A stretch of DNA of 64,000 nt from Marsupella aquatica. Lineage: Eukaryota > Plantae > Marchantiophyta. Shown piece after piece: positions 23,815 to 36,649 of this stretch (its first letter is position 1; each line of letters begins with the position of its first letter). The stretch is taken from NCBI GenBank assembly GCA_973895155.1, contig OZ316897.1, forward strand, positions 19,719,224 to 19,783,223, in the 5' to 3' direction. Under the pieces are notes generated by a model that was not told the origin of the DNA, did no database searches, and was given only the letters and a program-made list of their open reading frames with translations. Position numbers and translations under genes: made by a program.

Positions 23815-26515
23815 TAATTGATCATTCCTGTGAGTAAGTGCCTCTCTACCTATCTTCTCACCGTGACTGTTTGAGGAAGTTGTTTTCCTCTCCTTAGGCC
23901 TTTACTTAAGTTGTGAGCAGGACACCTAGCTTGATGTGTGTACTTGACATTCCATTTCTTACTCTATTTACAATTGGCAGGTACTTTGCAACACTTGTGC
24001 ATTCCTTGCCTAGATATCTGATATATGACCATACAATTTCAGTTGGTGTCTGATCATAGACTCGATCAGCTGTACGTCTCATAAATGCATGTGTTGTGTT
24101 TTTATCATGTTAGTTATATATATTGTAAACACAGAAGGTGTATGTCTGGTATAGTAAGTGTACATATATATATCCAATTTGGCATTTGCATAACTATCTA
24201 GTATGTCTGAGGTACCTGAGAACCTCTAAATGATCTGATTTACATTGACTGTATTTGTTTCACAGGAGCTATACATGGGATAGATAGATTGTAGATCTTG
24301 CTTGGCAGAGCAGCATGGAGGGGCGAAGTATAAGTGGGTATCGATCGTTTGGCCAATCCCTATCGATCTCATTATAGATGTATGAACAGCCCGGGGAACA
24401 GCATGTCTAGCAAGGCTGCCCACTAGCCCATGAGCTACATTGTCAGAGTTTTTGCTTAACTTGCTGCCTGAACTAACTTCCTGGAGTTCATCTCATGTCT
24501 AGAATTAAGTATTCAATGACTCTGCTACTCCGCTGGACATTTTGCATACCCAAGGACTGCAGTAGCTAAATAGTGTATCATGAAATAGCTAAATCGATGA
24601 GGGTCTGGCCTTCATCGATCAGGTATATATCACACAGCCTCGGATAGCATCAAATATATGCTGCTGAACATTCATTAGGACCTCAACATTGCGGGTACTA
24701 GCTTCCCTCAGAAGTTCCCTTAATTAATGCACCACGCCATGCTAAGGATGTCCAGGGTTTACCTAAATTCGGGGATGAAGTGCTCTCTAGCTAGAATGTG
24801 CCAAGGACAGGGTTTAGTTAAAGTTGGGGATCGGATGAAGTGCTCTAGACTAGCTAGAATGTGGTCATCGTCAAGATTTGACATTTTCGCCTCATTCGGA
24901 TATTTATTGTTTTGGTCTGTAAATCACAAGATGATCAAACTTGTCCAACTTAGTAGGTGGAGTTTTGTCGGAATCCATTGCTGGGCAGCTAATTCCTACT
25001 CAATTGTGCCCATCCTACTCAATTGTGCCCATCGCTGAGTCTTGTTAGAACCAGTAAAACAGTTCCCGTCCTGGAGAGTTTACTAACTACCTACATGGGA
25101 CTTTCGATACTATGAAGGTTTTGCAATCTCCCACTATAAACCTACCATACTTTGGGCATTTTTGTTTTCCCACCCCAAGAAACCCACGCTGGAAAAATAT
25201 TTACCTACTTCAAAATAGGTTCATTGAACCCCCACTTCATCTTAGGGAAATTGGCCGTTTATCACAGATTAACACAGGCAATTTCACAAATCCCACCAGG
25301 GAGCGGGACAGATTTGCCTTGTGAGGGCGGACGTGGAGGGAGGAGGCATGAGTGGGCAGGGCGGGTTCAGATCTCCAAGTTTAGACTTAGGATCAGGACC
25401 AAGAGGCGGCCCTGACACTTAGATTAGTGGGATTGTGGATCCACTGGTAAGAGCAACACTTGTGCTCCTACCTCGTTGTACATAAGTAGATTACAGATAG
25501 GATAGATTAGGCTTACGCTGCAAGGAATTAGGCGGATCCACTGCCAGGATAAGTACCTGGGCAGCGGGGAGTTCAAGGCCTTCTTCCTTAGCAAGTTTTT
25601 AGTGCACCAGCAAGGCTGGGATCAAGTAGTAAAAGAAGCTCTCAGTTAGTTATATTGTGACCCTTGTGTATATTCATGTTTCCTCATGCCTAAGAGATGA
25701 ATAGAGTTGGCCTCACGGCTTAGTTCGCAGATCTTGTGTATGAGAAGTACTGTTTGTATGGCAAGTGCATGGTATAACTCAGTCAAAAAGAGTCATTTTG
25801 CTATTTGTGTGTCGCATTAACTTGTTTGAAGATTGCCCACATCAACCAAGAGAAGGGAGTAAGCAAGGTAGTAAGAGTTAGATGTGTCGAGCTGAGAGAG
25901 GTCTTAGCGGCTTACCCAAGCCAGTTGGGGATCATTCCGGCGGCGGAATCCAAACATACCTAAAGGAAGACCACAAGAGGAAGACAAGGTATCTCATGAC
26001 CCGATGGATCTGTCCAGTATATGCGTGTAAAATGTTAGTAGAGAGTTAGTAGCGTCCCATGCCGCAAAACCGGCCTCGCCAAGAGCGAAACCTACGAGAA
26101 TCGGCTGGGGGTTTCTTGGGTTTAGGGAGCCATGGGACGCACCACAGGGGATATGTCTTCATCTTCTGAAATCTCCACCACAGACTCATCCTCCTCTGAT
26201 GAAGATACACCACCTCAACATCACATGACCGCACCTCCTCCTCGCGGTCCACCCCGTTAACTTTGTGAATGTTCTAGATGTGTGGGTCAGGTTTCCCAAA
26301 AATCTTACATATGTGCCCAACATATTGAGAGATATGGGCGTTGTGGATATCATACGGCAGGGGCTTCTTCATCTCATATGGTAAGTGTTATGCCTTAGTT
26401 TTCCTACCCTATTCCCACTACTCAATGGTTGAAGGTGTTTAATTTCACAGCTACTTTTGTTTGTTTTGGTTTCGATGGAATAGGTATCCAATAGGCCTAG
26501 ACCTGCGGCACACTA

Positions 26516-26973
26516 GGGGCCTCACTCTAGATAGGGTCTCATATCAGGTTTGACATTTTAGCTATTAAACGCCCTAAAAAATAAGAAATAAAAACTATTC
26601 AAACTACTGTTCTACCCCTATTATTTTGGAATATTATAGAAATATTGTCAAAATTCATTTTTATAACCATATAATTTCTTATAATACTCAAAATTGAATT
26701 AAAAATACATGAAAGTTATTATAGATAAATTTAAAAATATTATTCTCAATCCAATAAACAAAGACTATACTTACTTTTGGTGATGCGTAAAAAGTAAATA
26801 AACTTGGCCAAACCTATTGGAAGAAGAGCAAACCAGCAACAAGGAGCAGCAGCGAGAACAAACGAGTTCACAAGCAGGTGCGATCACAAAACCAGTAGCT
26901 CGAGCAATGGCAGCTGTGAGCTATGGTAGCCGAGCAGCAGCTAGTGTGAAACCTGCAGCAGCGAGTACGAATC
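26516..26973 (+). repeat. Dispersed AT-rich repeat (non-autonomous TE fragment), copy A
   Basis: Reverse-complement match to 61649-62140, e.g. ATAGGGTCTCATATCA.GTTTGACATTTT and ATTATTCTCAATCCAATAAACAAA. Confidence 0.85.
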
Positions 26974-27175
26974 AGAGCAAGTATTCGAGCAAAAATTGTG
27001 CACTATGGCACAACTAAGCTTTTGCTATGGCAGCCGAGCAGCAGAGAGTTCACAGCCAGCAGCAGCAACCTCAAAACTATTTTATAACAGCAGCGAGCAG
27101 AAATAATGCACGTACCCTAAAGAAACGCAGCTCTAGCATGGTAGTGGAGCAGCAGCGAGCAGAAAAGCAACATTC

Positions 27176-28308
27176 GGAAAACGAGGCTACTTAACTAATC
27201 GGAAGCATGCATAAATTAAAAGCAAGAACACAAGTAAAGCCCATATGAGCAGTATTTCAGCTACTCAGTGCACGAGGGATGCCGCTATTACCAATATATT
27301 TCAACCCTATAGATACTGAAGGTCGATGACGCCCGATTCCAACTGCACGCGCCGATAAGACCCGATCACCTCCTAATGTTATACGCTGAACCCCGCTACC
27401 TCGAGGATCGATCGATGAGCTGCACGGCAAACTTACAAACCTGGTCCGCTTAGAAGCTAGAGGACTGCGCGCTATAGCAAAAAACACAAATGGCCAACCT
27501 AATTACAAACTTGGTCCGCTCAACCGACTGCTCTAGCAAAACACAAACGAGAATGCATAGATGTCCTCCCATCCTTCTTTACATAAGCCCCAGAGAAGCC
27601 TCATTTGGTCACTAGTCAGATGTAGCCATTGGAGTAGCGGTTTCAACAGCTGGCATACAAACAGGTCTGGAATCAGTACACACCTGGAACATTCACCTGA
27701 CTCCAGACATACTTAATTGTAGGCCAAGTCACCTTAACATCTTTCCTACGTGGTGACGTACGTTTTACTAACATTTAGGGCTCAAAGAATCCAGGTGTGA
27801 ACAGGCCGTACTGATTCCAGACCTGTTTGTATGCCAGCTGTTGAAACCGCTGCTCCGAAAGCTACACCTGACTAGTGACCAAATGGGGCTTCTCTGGGCC
27901 TATTTAAGAAGGGTGGGAGGACATCTATGCACACTCGTTTGTGTTCTGCTAGAGCAGTCCGTTGAGCGGACCAAGTTTGTTAATTAAGTTGGCCGTCTGT
28001 GTTTTGCTATAGCGCGCAGCCCTCTTCTAAGCGGACCAAGTTTGTAAGTTTGCCGTGCAGCTCATCGATCGATCCTCGGGGTAGCGGGGTTCAGCGTATA
28101 ACATTAGGAGGTGATCGGGTCTTATCGGTACGTGCAATTGGAACTGGGCGTCATCGACCTTCAGTATCTAGCTATAGGGTTGAAATATATTGGTAATAGC
28201 GGCATCCGTCGTGCACTGAGTAGCTGAAATACCGCTCATATGGGCTTTACTTGTGTTCTTGCTTTTAATTTATGCATGCTTCCGATTAGTTAAGTAGCCT
28301 CGTTTTCC
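27176..28308. repeat. Long inverted repeat (arms ~27176-27688 and ~27790-28308, ~100-bp spacer)
   Basis: The arms are reverse complements with only scattered mismatches: GGAAAACGAGGCTACTTAACTAATCGG... vs ...CCGATTAGTTAAGTAGCCTCGTTTTCC. No TSD found. Confidence 0.95.
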
Positions 28309-28440
28309 TAGAATTGTTGTTAGCATTTAGTACTCGTGTAGAGTAGAGCATTCTCAGTCTCATGTGCTACTGGGCTATTCCGTAAGTTCACAGATTTCTA
28401 ATTGACCGCACGTACCTATCTTTCTCAGGAGGAAGTAAAC

Positions 28441-29055
28441 ATGGAAAACAGTGGTGGTCTTCTTCTGGCCTGTGTGCTGCTTCTTGCATTGGCCATTACT
28501 GGCCCGCGTTTGTCTGTAGATGCCCGCATGGCAGCCGAGTGGACCATTCCCAATAAGAATGATGCTGATCGACCCATGAATCTGACAAGAAATTCTGTGG
28601 GGCCACGTTTTGAGGTGCAGGGGGACGACAAATCTGCACAGGAGGATGGAGAGGGAGCGGGTCTCAGTTTCAGTCTTCCACCTGGTTTTGGAACAGTGGT
28701 TACTATCCTAAGGGATGTCCACGTGCAGTGTCAGCACAATTTCCCTAACCCCACGCCACCACTTCTTGTCGACGAAGTTATTCATCCTGGGAATGAAGCC
28801 ACTTCGTTTCTCGCTGACATAGACTCCAATTCTAGTGATCATGTGAGCTATCAGTGTATTTGGACGACTCTTGGGCCGAATCAGCAATACACACGAGCAA
28901 CAGTCTGGGCAGACGACAACCACCAAGATGAAATGCCTCTCTCTTGTGTTTATTGTCTCTGGAGGGCGGACGCTTTGGGTATATATCTCCACAACGACAA
29001 AGATAATACTTTTCAATTCGTATCGCATTGGTGCTACCCTGACACTGGCTGCTAG
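28441..29055 (+). CDS. Secreted S-protein homologue (plant self-incompatibility S1/SPH family)
   Basis: Signal peptide MENSGGLLLACVLLLALA. SPH-like pattern VHVQC...IHPG...YQCIW...VW...CVYCLWRADALGIY...W. Splice acceptor TTTCTCAG just 5' of the ATG. Confidence 0.7.
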   Translation: MENSGGLLLACVLLLALAITGPRLSVDARMAAEWTIPNKNDADRPMNLTRNSVGPRFEVQGDDKSAQEDGEGAGLSFSLPPGFGTVVTILRDVHVQCQHNFPNPTPPLLVDEVIHPGNEATSFLADIDSNSSDHVSYQCIWTTLGPNQQYTRATVWADDNHQDEMPLSCVYCLWRADALGIYLHNDKDNTFQFVSHWCYPDTGC

Positions 29056-32000
29056 GTCATAGTTATGTGTATAGTGAGATTTCTAAGTAGTAACTTAGCT
29101 AGATAAGCGTCTGTCCTATTGACGCCTCAGCTTTCGTGGGTCATCTCCTCAGAGCTTTGAAGGACCTCAAAATAAAGAATAAATCGATCAGCTTCGATCC
29201 AAGAGTTTACTATGAATCAGACGACTTTCATTGCAAAGCCGACGACTGTGAGAGCAGTGAAATATTTGATCGACAACCATCCAGAGCATGGAGCTCACAT
29301 CGTGTGCCATCTATATATCTCAATTAACCAAACGATAGGGTCTAATATATTGGTGGATCATGCTAGAAGTATACTCAACGGTTTTCTTCATAGCAAAGAG
29401 GTCTGTAATGTCGCAAAAGTGCTATCTTAATTGAAATAAAAATCCAAAGAACAATCAAGAGGACAATCCACTGGATCAAAGAATATATCTGGACGCTAGC
29501 TTCAGGTGGAATAAGTGATCTGTAGGTTATGTTGTTACACGCTTAGTTCTTGCAACGTACCTGTTTGGTGATTATATACCGACAGTCTTCTACCTGTAAG
29601 AGCTAGCCTGGCCTTTCATGGTGTCCAGTTGGGTTAACATTGTCGATATTGCTATTTGCATAATATCGGGTACTTAAACATCATATAAATGTTACTAACC
29701 GGGAATTAATTACGCATTGCTGAATGCTTTGACAACTGATACAAGTACGTTGACTTGAGTTCCTTGGCATTTGTATTGAGCTGGCTTGCCTTGGCCAAGC
29801 CAAATTAATCTAGGTCTGCAGTGGGGCTTGGGCTTGGACCGTCTCAATGCAATTGCCAGGGAACTCAAGGAAACTTGATAAAACCTAATGCTGATCGACC
29901 CCTGCTTTGTAATTCACATCTAACGTACCATTGTCTGCAGCTAGCTGTGAAGCCTGCACATGTCTGTCCTGAGTACGTGTTCAAAACATACTGCTAGCTG
30001 ACAAGTAACTCCAACCTTCAACCTGGCAGTCACATGCTCTTGGATCTCATCCGGGCCGGGGGCCTCGCATCCAGACTTCATGCCTTATCGATCACTAATA
30101 TATGCTTTACTAACTTGGTGCCCTCTAGTTCCAGAAAGTAAATACGTTTTTCTATGTGCAAATCACCACGAGCTGGTAGCCAATTTTTTTATCTCCGGGC
30201 TCGTGAGGGCTCTACCATCACCGGGACCATAACTAGCTGTTAATTACAATGTATCCGTCCTTCTGTAGGGCTCACTATGATTGTAGGGCTCACTACGATT
30301 CCAAACTAAGGAACTAGTGGCAAATCCTTGTTACCCCTTGTGGCATATCGTGTCATATATTTCAACGACCTGGTAACTAAGTGGACTTCATAGTGAGAAA
30401 AACTGCTGGACACTTATCCACTTACCCTCAATCACAGTAACCTGGCTAAGCTCGCAACATTATGGGTATATCTAATTACGTATATCTTATATATGCACTC
30501 GGCTCGAAAGCGCCGGGAATGAATTGAAGTTGATCTCCAAATACATTAATTAGTTTATTCAATGATTGGTATGGTGTTGTTGTCGACGCGCGCAGTAGCT
30601 AGGTGCGGTGAGCTAACATGAGACAGACAAAACACAAAGACAATAAACACGATTTGAATAGTCATGACTGCAGATTTCAAAATGCCCCGAGTACATATGT
30701 GAAGCGGGGATGTACCTCAGTCCTTATCATCAGTTGCCCCGTGGAGGCCATGTGGCACTGACAAAAGATAAAAACAGAGCAGCTTACAGTAAGACCGACA
30801 CTGCTGTATGTGAAGCAAACTAATCCACACCTGGAACGGATCGAAGAAGTTTTGACAGCACCGAAGCAGAAAGGTAAAGTTGCAAGCCAGAAAGTTTCCG
30901 CTTCGGCACTACTGAAAACATTATAGGAATTAAGAAAGCAAGAAAAGGAAGTGGAATGGAAAACCTGGCCTGCAAGAAAAAGGGGATAGCGTATGGATGA
31001 CACGATGGATGACAGACTTGAATCCGACCAACTGCCTGAAGACAGTCACTAATGGGCGCACTATATTTATGTTCCGAGTAAAGAAACTGCAACACCCGGC
31101 CGGTAACAAGTGATATATAGTAGCTGCCTGGCCATTGAGAACTGATTAGTGACAAGCTGAACTGGACAAACGACCCCAAATTTCACAGCTGTAAAGCTAG
31201 ACCCGCGACCGTGTCTTTGAGAGTGCATTATATTGAGTACTAATTAACGAGTGGCGAGTAACAGGACGAGAATTGACTGGACAAGCAAGAAACGGTATTC
31301 CTCGCTATATATATTAGACCCATGAACATGTCTGTTTGGTTCATTTCTTTCATTCTTCTTGCAACTCTAGCTCCATAAGTCTCTCGGTTTGAGCTTCTTC
31401 CTCGCTGGAGAGTCACCTTTGAGTGTCTGCCATTTCTTGTGGCGTAGGATTACATTCACCACCGTCCACTTTACAGTACCATCAACATAATTATATAGAC
31501 TACTATACCGTCTTTGGATTAAGATCGAGGTCACTTGTTTCTTGCTCGCGAGATTCTTCCATTTTTAATAGGCTACACTAATTAACATGGTGACGACAAT
31601 CAAGCAATTTGCATGACTAGCTAGAAGTTCACTGAGGTGACTGCCTGATTTTTCAGTCACGCGCTACGAGAACGTAAGAGGTGAAAGTTGTGAGCTGCAA
31701 GTCCTGTTACAGTCGGTCGGTACCCCAGAAAGTCTTGTGGAATATATCAGTCGAAGCCCTGACTTTGGATTCTACTGAAAAGGTATCTTACTTGCGAAGC
31801 TTTTTAGTGGACAGCTTTGTGAGGAGCTAGAAGCAAGATTGGAATATTTGTTAATTACCTAGCTTGCATGTTCGATCGATCGACAGTTAAATATTTGCAT
31901 GTTTCATTAGTTTATTATCAAAGCGCCGAGCTGCATAGGAAGATATATGTGGTCAAGAAAAGGTTCACAACTTGGTGGGTGCTTGACCCGTCCCAACCCT

Positions 32001-32611
32001 TGTGCCCTGACTTTCCTACTGTTAGTAGAGTTGAGAATCACAAGGTTTAGGCACACACACAGCAGATAGGCTATAAACTTTGACTTAGAGTCCATAAAGT
32101 GAGAATCAACGACATTCAATAGCAATGTAATGGGAGAACAGTTAAGCTAGGCTCTGGATCTTAGTCCCGAGGGGTCAGCAATAATTAATGTGGATCGAGA
32201 CTCCTAAGTAGGGTAAGCATTAATAAGTAGACTTTCAATATGAAAGTAAAAATTGGACATATTAAGTGTTTCAATACGATACTCAAGAACCATTCAACAT
32301 CAGACTTTTAGTAAATCCAAAATTAATACTGTAATCTTTATGACGGTATTTCGGTTGAATTAAAGCCATTATCAAACTTGGTCTGACAACAGACAATCAT
32401 CTTGTTCGCTAGAGGAAAAAACTGAAGTTTGCGCTTGATAGCTGAATATTCCTTGCCACTTCGATATGAATGTAGCCACAGTCTACTCGACAGTATTACA
32501 GATTGAGAAACAATAGCATAGTGATCTCTGCTTCAGTCTGCTCTGCCCCGCTCCTATCTACTCTATTCTCTTGACGCAGTAAGTCTTAGGTGATGAATGA
32601 ACTCCCAAATA

Positions 32612-33663
32612 TTAGTTCCTCGTAATGTTAGTGCATCGATGCGGTCCGCTGACATCGGCCTGCCCTTCTCTGTCTTCCGCTGCCACTGCCCACAAACCAA
32701 ATTTCTCGAACCGCTCCAATCTGGCTCCATAGCCCACGATATAATTATTATGGATCACCACTGGCTCCACGTTCTCCTCTTGAGGTCGCTTATTCGTGAA
32801 GTATACGAGCCCGTTCGGAAAACGCAATGGACCCGCAGAGGCTCGAGCCCTTTTTCCCTGACAGCCGAGATGTTTTGCATCTCCGCTTGGAATATATCAT
32901 TGATGAGGATCTGCTCGGACTCGAGCAACGAGGCAACGTTCTTCGCCATCGCTCTGTCTAAGATATCTCGGTGCCGCTTGGTAACTTCGCTCCACACTCT
33001 TTTGGTCGTTGGAGTGTGCCTTAGATATAAGAATCCCCCACACATTACATCGTCCGTTTCAGTACGACCGTCTCTGGATGCAACGATATCTGCGTCAGTA
33101 GCGTCAACGTAAGGGAGAGGATCCGAAAGCCACACCGAGTCGGTGTCGACGATGAAAACACATTTCCCAGCTCTGAGGAATTGTGCGGCAACCTCGGTTC
33201 GGGCGAGCATAAGTTGTTGATACTCTATGGTCCCATAGTCAAACGCCCCGTTTAGTTCGGACCTTCGTACCAAGACTTGATAACCATCCTTTTCGCTAAT
33301 CCGTCGGCCGAAGTCGTAGTCTGTCGTGTACACCAAAAACCGCCGCCCAATCAGTGGCTTGGCAAAACAATCCCAGTTCTCGAGAAATAAGTCGTATCCA
33401 GGATTGACCATTGTAAAGATAACCGTGTTGTTTCGCTCTACCTTGTGCATCACAGACATCACTGCTGCAAACGACTCTGAAAGCGACCCGCCGGACTGCA
33501 AATGCTTCGTTCCGCAATTGTTCCCGAGCAAGGTGATGCTCTGGCAATCGGAAGACCGGTACCTATAGAACAGAAGTACAAGGACGAGCGCAGAAACGAG
33601 TGGAAGCACTTTCGCCCGCGTATCGAAGATAACAGAAGCCGTCCGTTCATCAGCACGAGCCAT
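32612..33663 (-). pseudogene. Nucleotide-diphospho-sugar transferase (CAZy GT77-like), intronless, frameshifted near 32825
   Basis: Type II TM anchor, then NPGYDLFLENW, DTDSVWLSDP (DxD) and MCGGFLYLR. The conserved C-terminus FPNG..YF..VVIHNNYIVG..RF..FGLW is in a different frame (32612-32827). Confidence 0.8.
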
Positions 33664-34167
33664 GCTAGAGTACTGATTGTATGTACCTTGTGCGGTGCGT
33701 CGAGAGACTGCCGCTTTCGTGCGGGGGACACTCGAAGTTTGTAATCTGTGAGATGAAAGACATGTTCGTCAAGTCTGTTCTACGCTGGACTCCACTGATA
33801 TTTGATGGATCGATCTTCAACTCGTTGATGAAAATTTGTTTCTCGTACAAATTCTACAGATTTTCGACCGAGGACGAAAATCGTTGGATTGTAGGCTATC
33901 CGACTCGGGTCCTTTTGTACAAAACTAAGCTTAGAAATGTGCACACTTCCCCTTTCATAGAAATGCAGTGAATACACTTTTGACTCAGATTGTTAGACAC
34001 ACCTTTGTGACTCAGCCTGTGACAGTCGTCTGTTGGTTGCCAAATTCTGTTTGTCGTTTATAGCTTGTTATATATTTTCAGTTTTCTATTGTAGTTTGCA
34101 GTGTACTGTTTGGAGTTTGCAGCATCACTCCTCCAGTCAAGAACAAGCCCATGTCGGCATGTCGCTC

Positions 34168-34170
<3 letters not shown>

Positions 34171-34202
<32 letters not shown>
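34171..34202. repeat. (AT)16 microsatellite
   Basis: Seen directly. Confidence 0.98.
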
Positions 34203-34204
<2 letters not shown>

Positions 34205-36649
34205 TGCTGATCGACTGAGAGACGTTTCAGGATGCCTTCGGGGCAGGTTTCCAATTGTCAAGTCATTCATACCGGGCTTTAATCCCAGATCCATCCGTTC
34301 ACGTCAAGCAGATCGTGTATTTGTGATCAATCGTACAGACGACCAAAAACCAGCTCGTTTGCTCGTGAGACTTTCATCGGACTTCGTTGAGTCAGTCTTT
34401 ATACACAATGGTTGAATTGCCGATCTTTAAATTTGAGTGCGTGAATTCGAGAGAGAACGAACAATTGCCAGAGTGACACAATGATCCCTTATCCTTTAAT
34501 TACTCCGACTCCAAGTCCTGAACGCAGGAGAAGGAGACGCACAGAAGTCAAAAACAAGCTATAAAAATAAGAAGAAAAACTTTGAAACCCCAACAGCTGA
34601 ATAAAAGGTCGAAATGGAGCTCCAGCCAGTGGTTTAGTCGAGCCATGCGATCAGCTAGTGGTTTAGTCAAGCCATGCCATCAGCGCGTATGTCCGCAGTG
34701 AAAAGATATCTCAAAGCAACATGCCCCTTGCAAACTTGCTCTCTGACGTAATGCCACTTAACTTCGAAATGCTCTGTACTAGCTTTGATGATGTTCGGGG
34801 GTTGATTGTAAGAGCTATTGCAGATTTGTTATCGGCAGTCGTGATGTCAGGTGTACAGAAATGCGAATCGGCTAGTCATTTACGTAACCAAACCGCTTCC
34901 TTACATGCAATCGAATATGCGACGAATTCTGCTTCGGTACGTAGAGCTTGTCACGATGATTGGCTGCTTGCGAGAATTCCAGCTTATAGCGCCATCAAGA
35001 AGCTTTAACAAATACCCGGCTGTGCATATGCGATCAGGATTATCAGCATACGACGCATCAAAGAATCATTGAAAATTCAACGAGTGAACCGTAACACCAT
35101 GCCAACCAGTGCAGTGGTTTGATACTTCATCATCATATGGAAATGAAAATGTGCTTTACAGTAGGGGTGATGAATGCCATTTAATTGTTTTTTGATTCAC
35201 CATATCAAACCCATGCACCAATCGCGGAGTTTTGTACTGGCAGGTACACTTTACTTTCCCTTGAACAGGCATAGCGACCGTGTGAGCTATGGAGGCACTC
35301 GTTCACTCCTCGACTCTATCCCTGAGTGCAGACTTAAAATGACCTATAGAAATGAGTGTCTAACTCCATCCACGATGTCCTCAGAAGCAGCCTCAGGAGC
35401 GGCCTATCTGTCTTAACAATCGACCAGTCCACTATTTGACAAAAGTCATCTGCTATCATTTCCACTAGGTTGACTTACTCACAATTAGATGCCTGCACAT
35501 CAGTCTCTCATCTTTCCCCGACTATTTCATTCATTTTGGTCAGTCAATGAGTCAGTTTTTCCTCAAGAACGATACGACGACGGATTCTAAAAGAGCCGGC
35601 TCCTACAGAAAACAAGAAATATATGAATGATGGGAACCGTCCTTCGCAGAACATGAGAGCAGCTTAATTTGGGGAACTACTTAGTGACGAGAAGCAAGGA
35701 CCACGGACAAGGTGTTTCAGGAGGTAAACCAGACTCTTTGAAGGCTCACAGGCAAGGGAACTTACGCAAATTTGCCCGGACAAAATGGTGCATTAAGTGA
35801 AAAGTAATTGAATAGTGAAGAGTGTGGCTCTAGACGTCAACTGGTATGGACCCGAACTACTACAATTTTTCAGGACGATCTCAGATTTATCCAATCGAAG
35901 GATATAGTCACCCTTCAAAACCAGCTCAAACGATGAAGCCTCCTAGCCTTAATTCAACGTAGCGAGGTAGAAAGCTTTCACAAGTTCACTCACTCAGTGA
36001 GTATTAGAAACTACTGTTAATGTAGGCATAACTCCGATCAATCCATGAACTGTTCCTCTTAGGAGAAAACTAAGTAAGAATTGAAGGCACCTAAATCCGT
36101 AAAGAAATTTCGTCATTGCTCAGATTGTATGTAAGAACTTAGACAACATCAACTAGCTCGTAATTAGTTTATGAAATCGTTTCCATATGACATTTCAATA
36201 AATATTCATTCCTTACGAAGGCTTGCCCTTCATTCTAGCGCAAGTAACCCCCTTCAAAAATTCTCCTGTCAAACCACTCTGCGTTGAATGACACTTATAA
36301 AAAAGACGTTATGAATACCGGTGCTTTCTCATTAATTGTAATGTTTGATGATCGACGGCCGATTTTGCATTGGAAGCAAGCGAGCCCTCCGTGCTTCTTG
36401 AGTCCAAACGTTGGCTTAAGTACTGCCACGATATTGCTCAGTCTGATCAATCAAACGATGCATGTTATGATCGCTTCATCACCCTTCCATCAACAGTTAA
36501 ATATGAAAGCTAAACACAACAAAATCCAAGTAGTTAATGTAATTTCAAGATTCGACATAAGGTCCCAATGGAAGGCTTTTGCCATTGTTATACAAAGGAA
36601 AGAAAGTCGATTTCATCGCATAGAATAATACCATGACCGCTGGGCACGA

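Noticed and set aside
25111-26380. LTR-like composition block ending CTTCTTCATCTCA-TA-TGGTA
   Set aside because: No TG...CA pair with a matching TSD and no full PBS. Probably TE-derived but cannot be delimited.
26511-26516. CACTAG as a CACTA terminus
   Set aside because: Wrong orientation to close the upstream transposase element, not conserved in the copy at 62140, and no partner TIR.
27257-28196. Twin ORFs 27257-27487(-) and 27999-28196(+)
   Set aside because: By-products of the inverted repeat. They have non-ATG starts, and a 4-bp indel breaks frame conservation.
30677-31180. Possible small spliced Cys-containing gene on the minus strand
   Set aside because: Splice-like sites exist, but I could not establish a start codon or a family.
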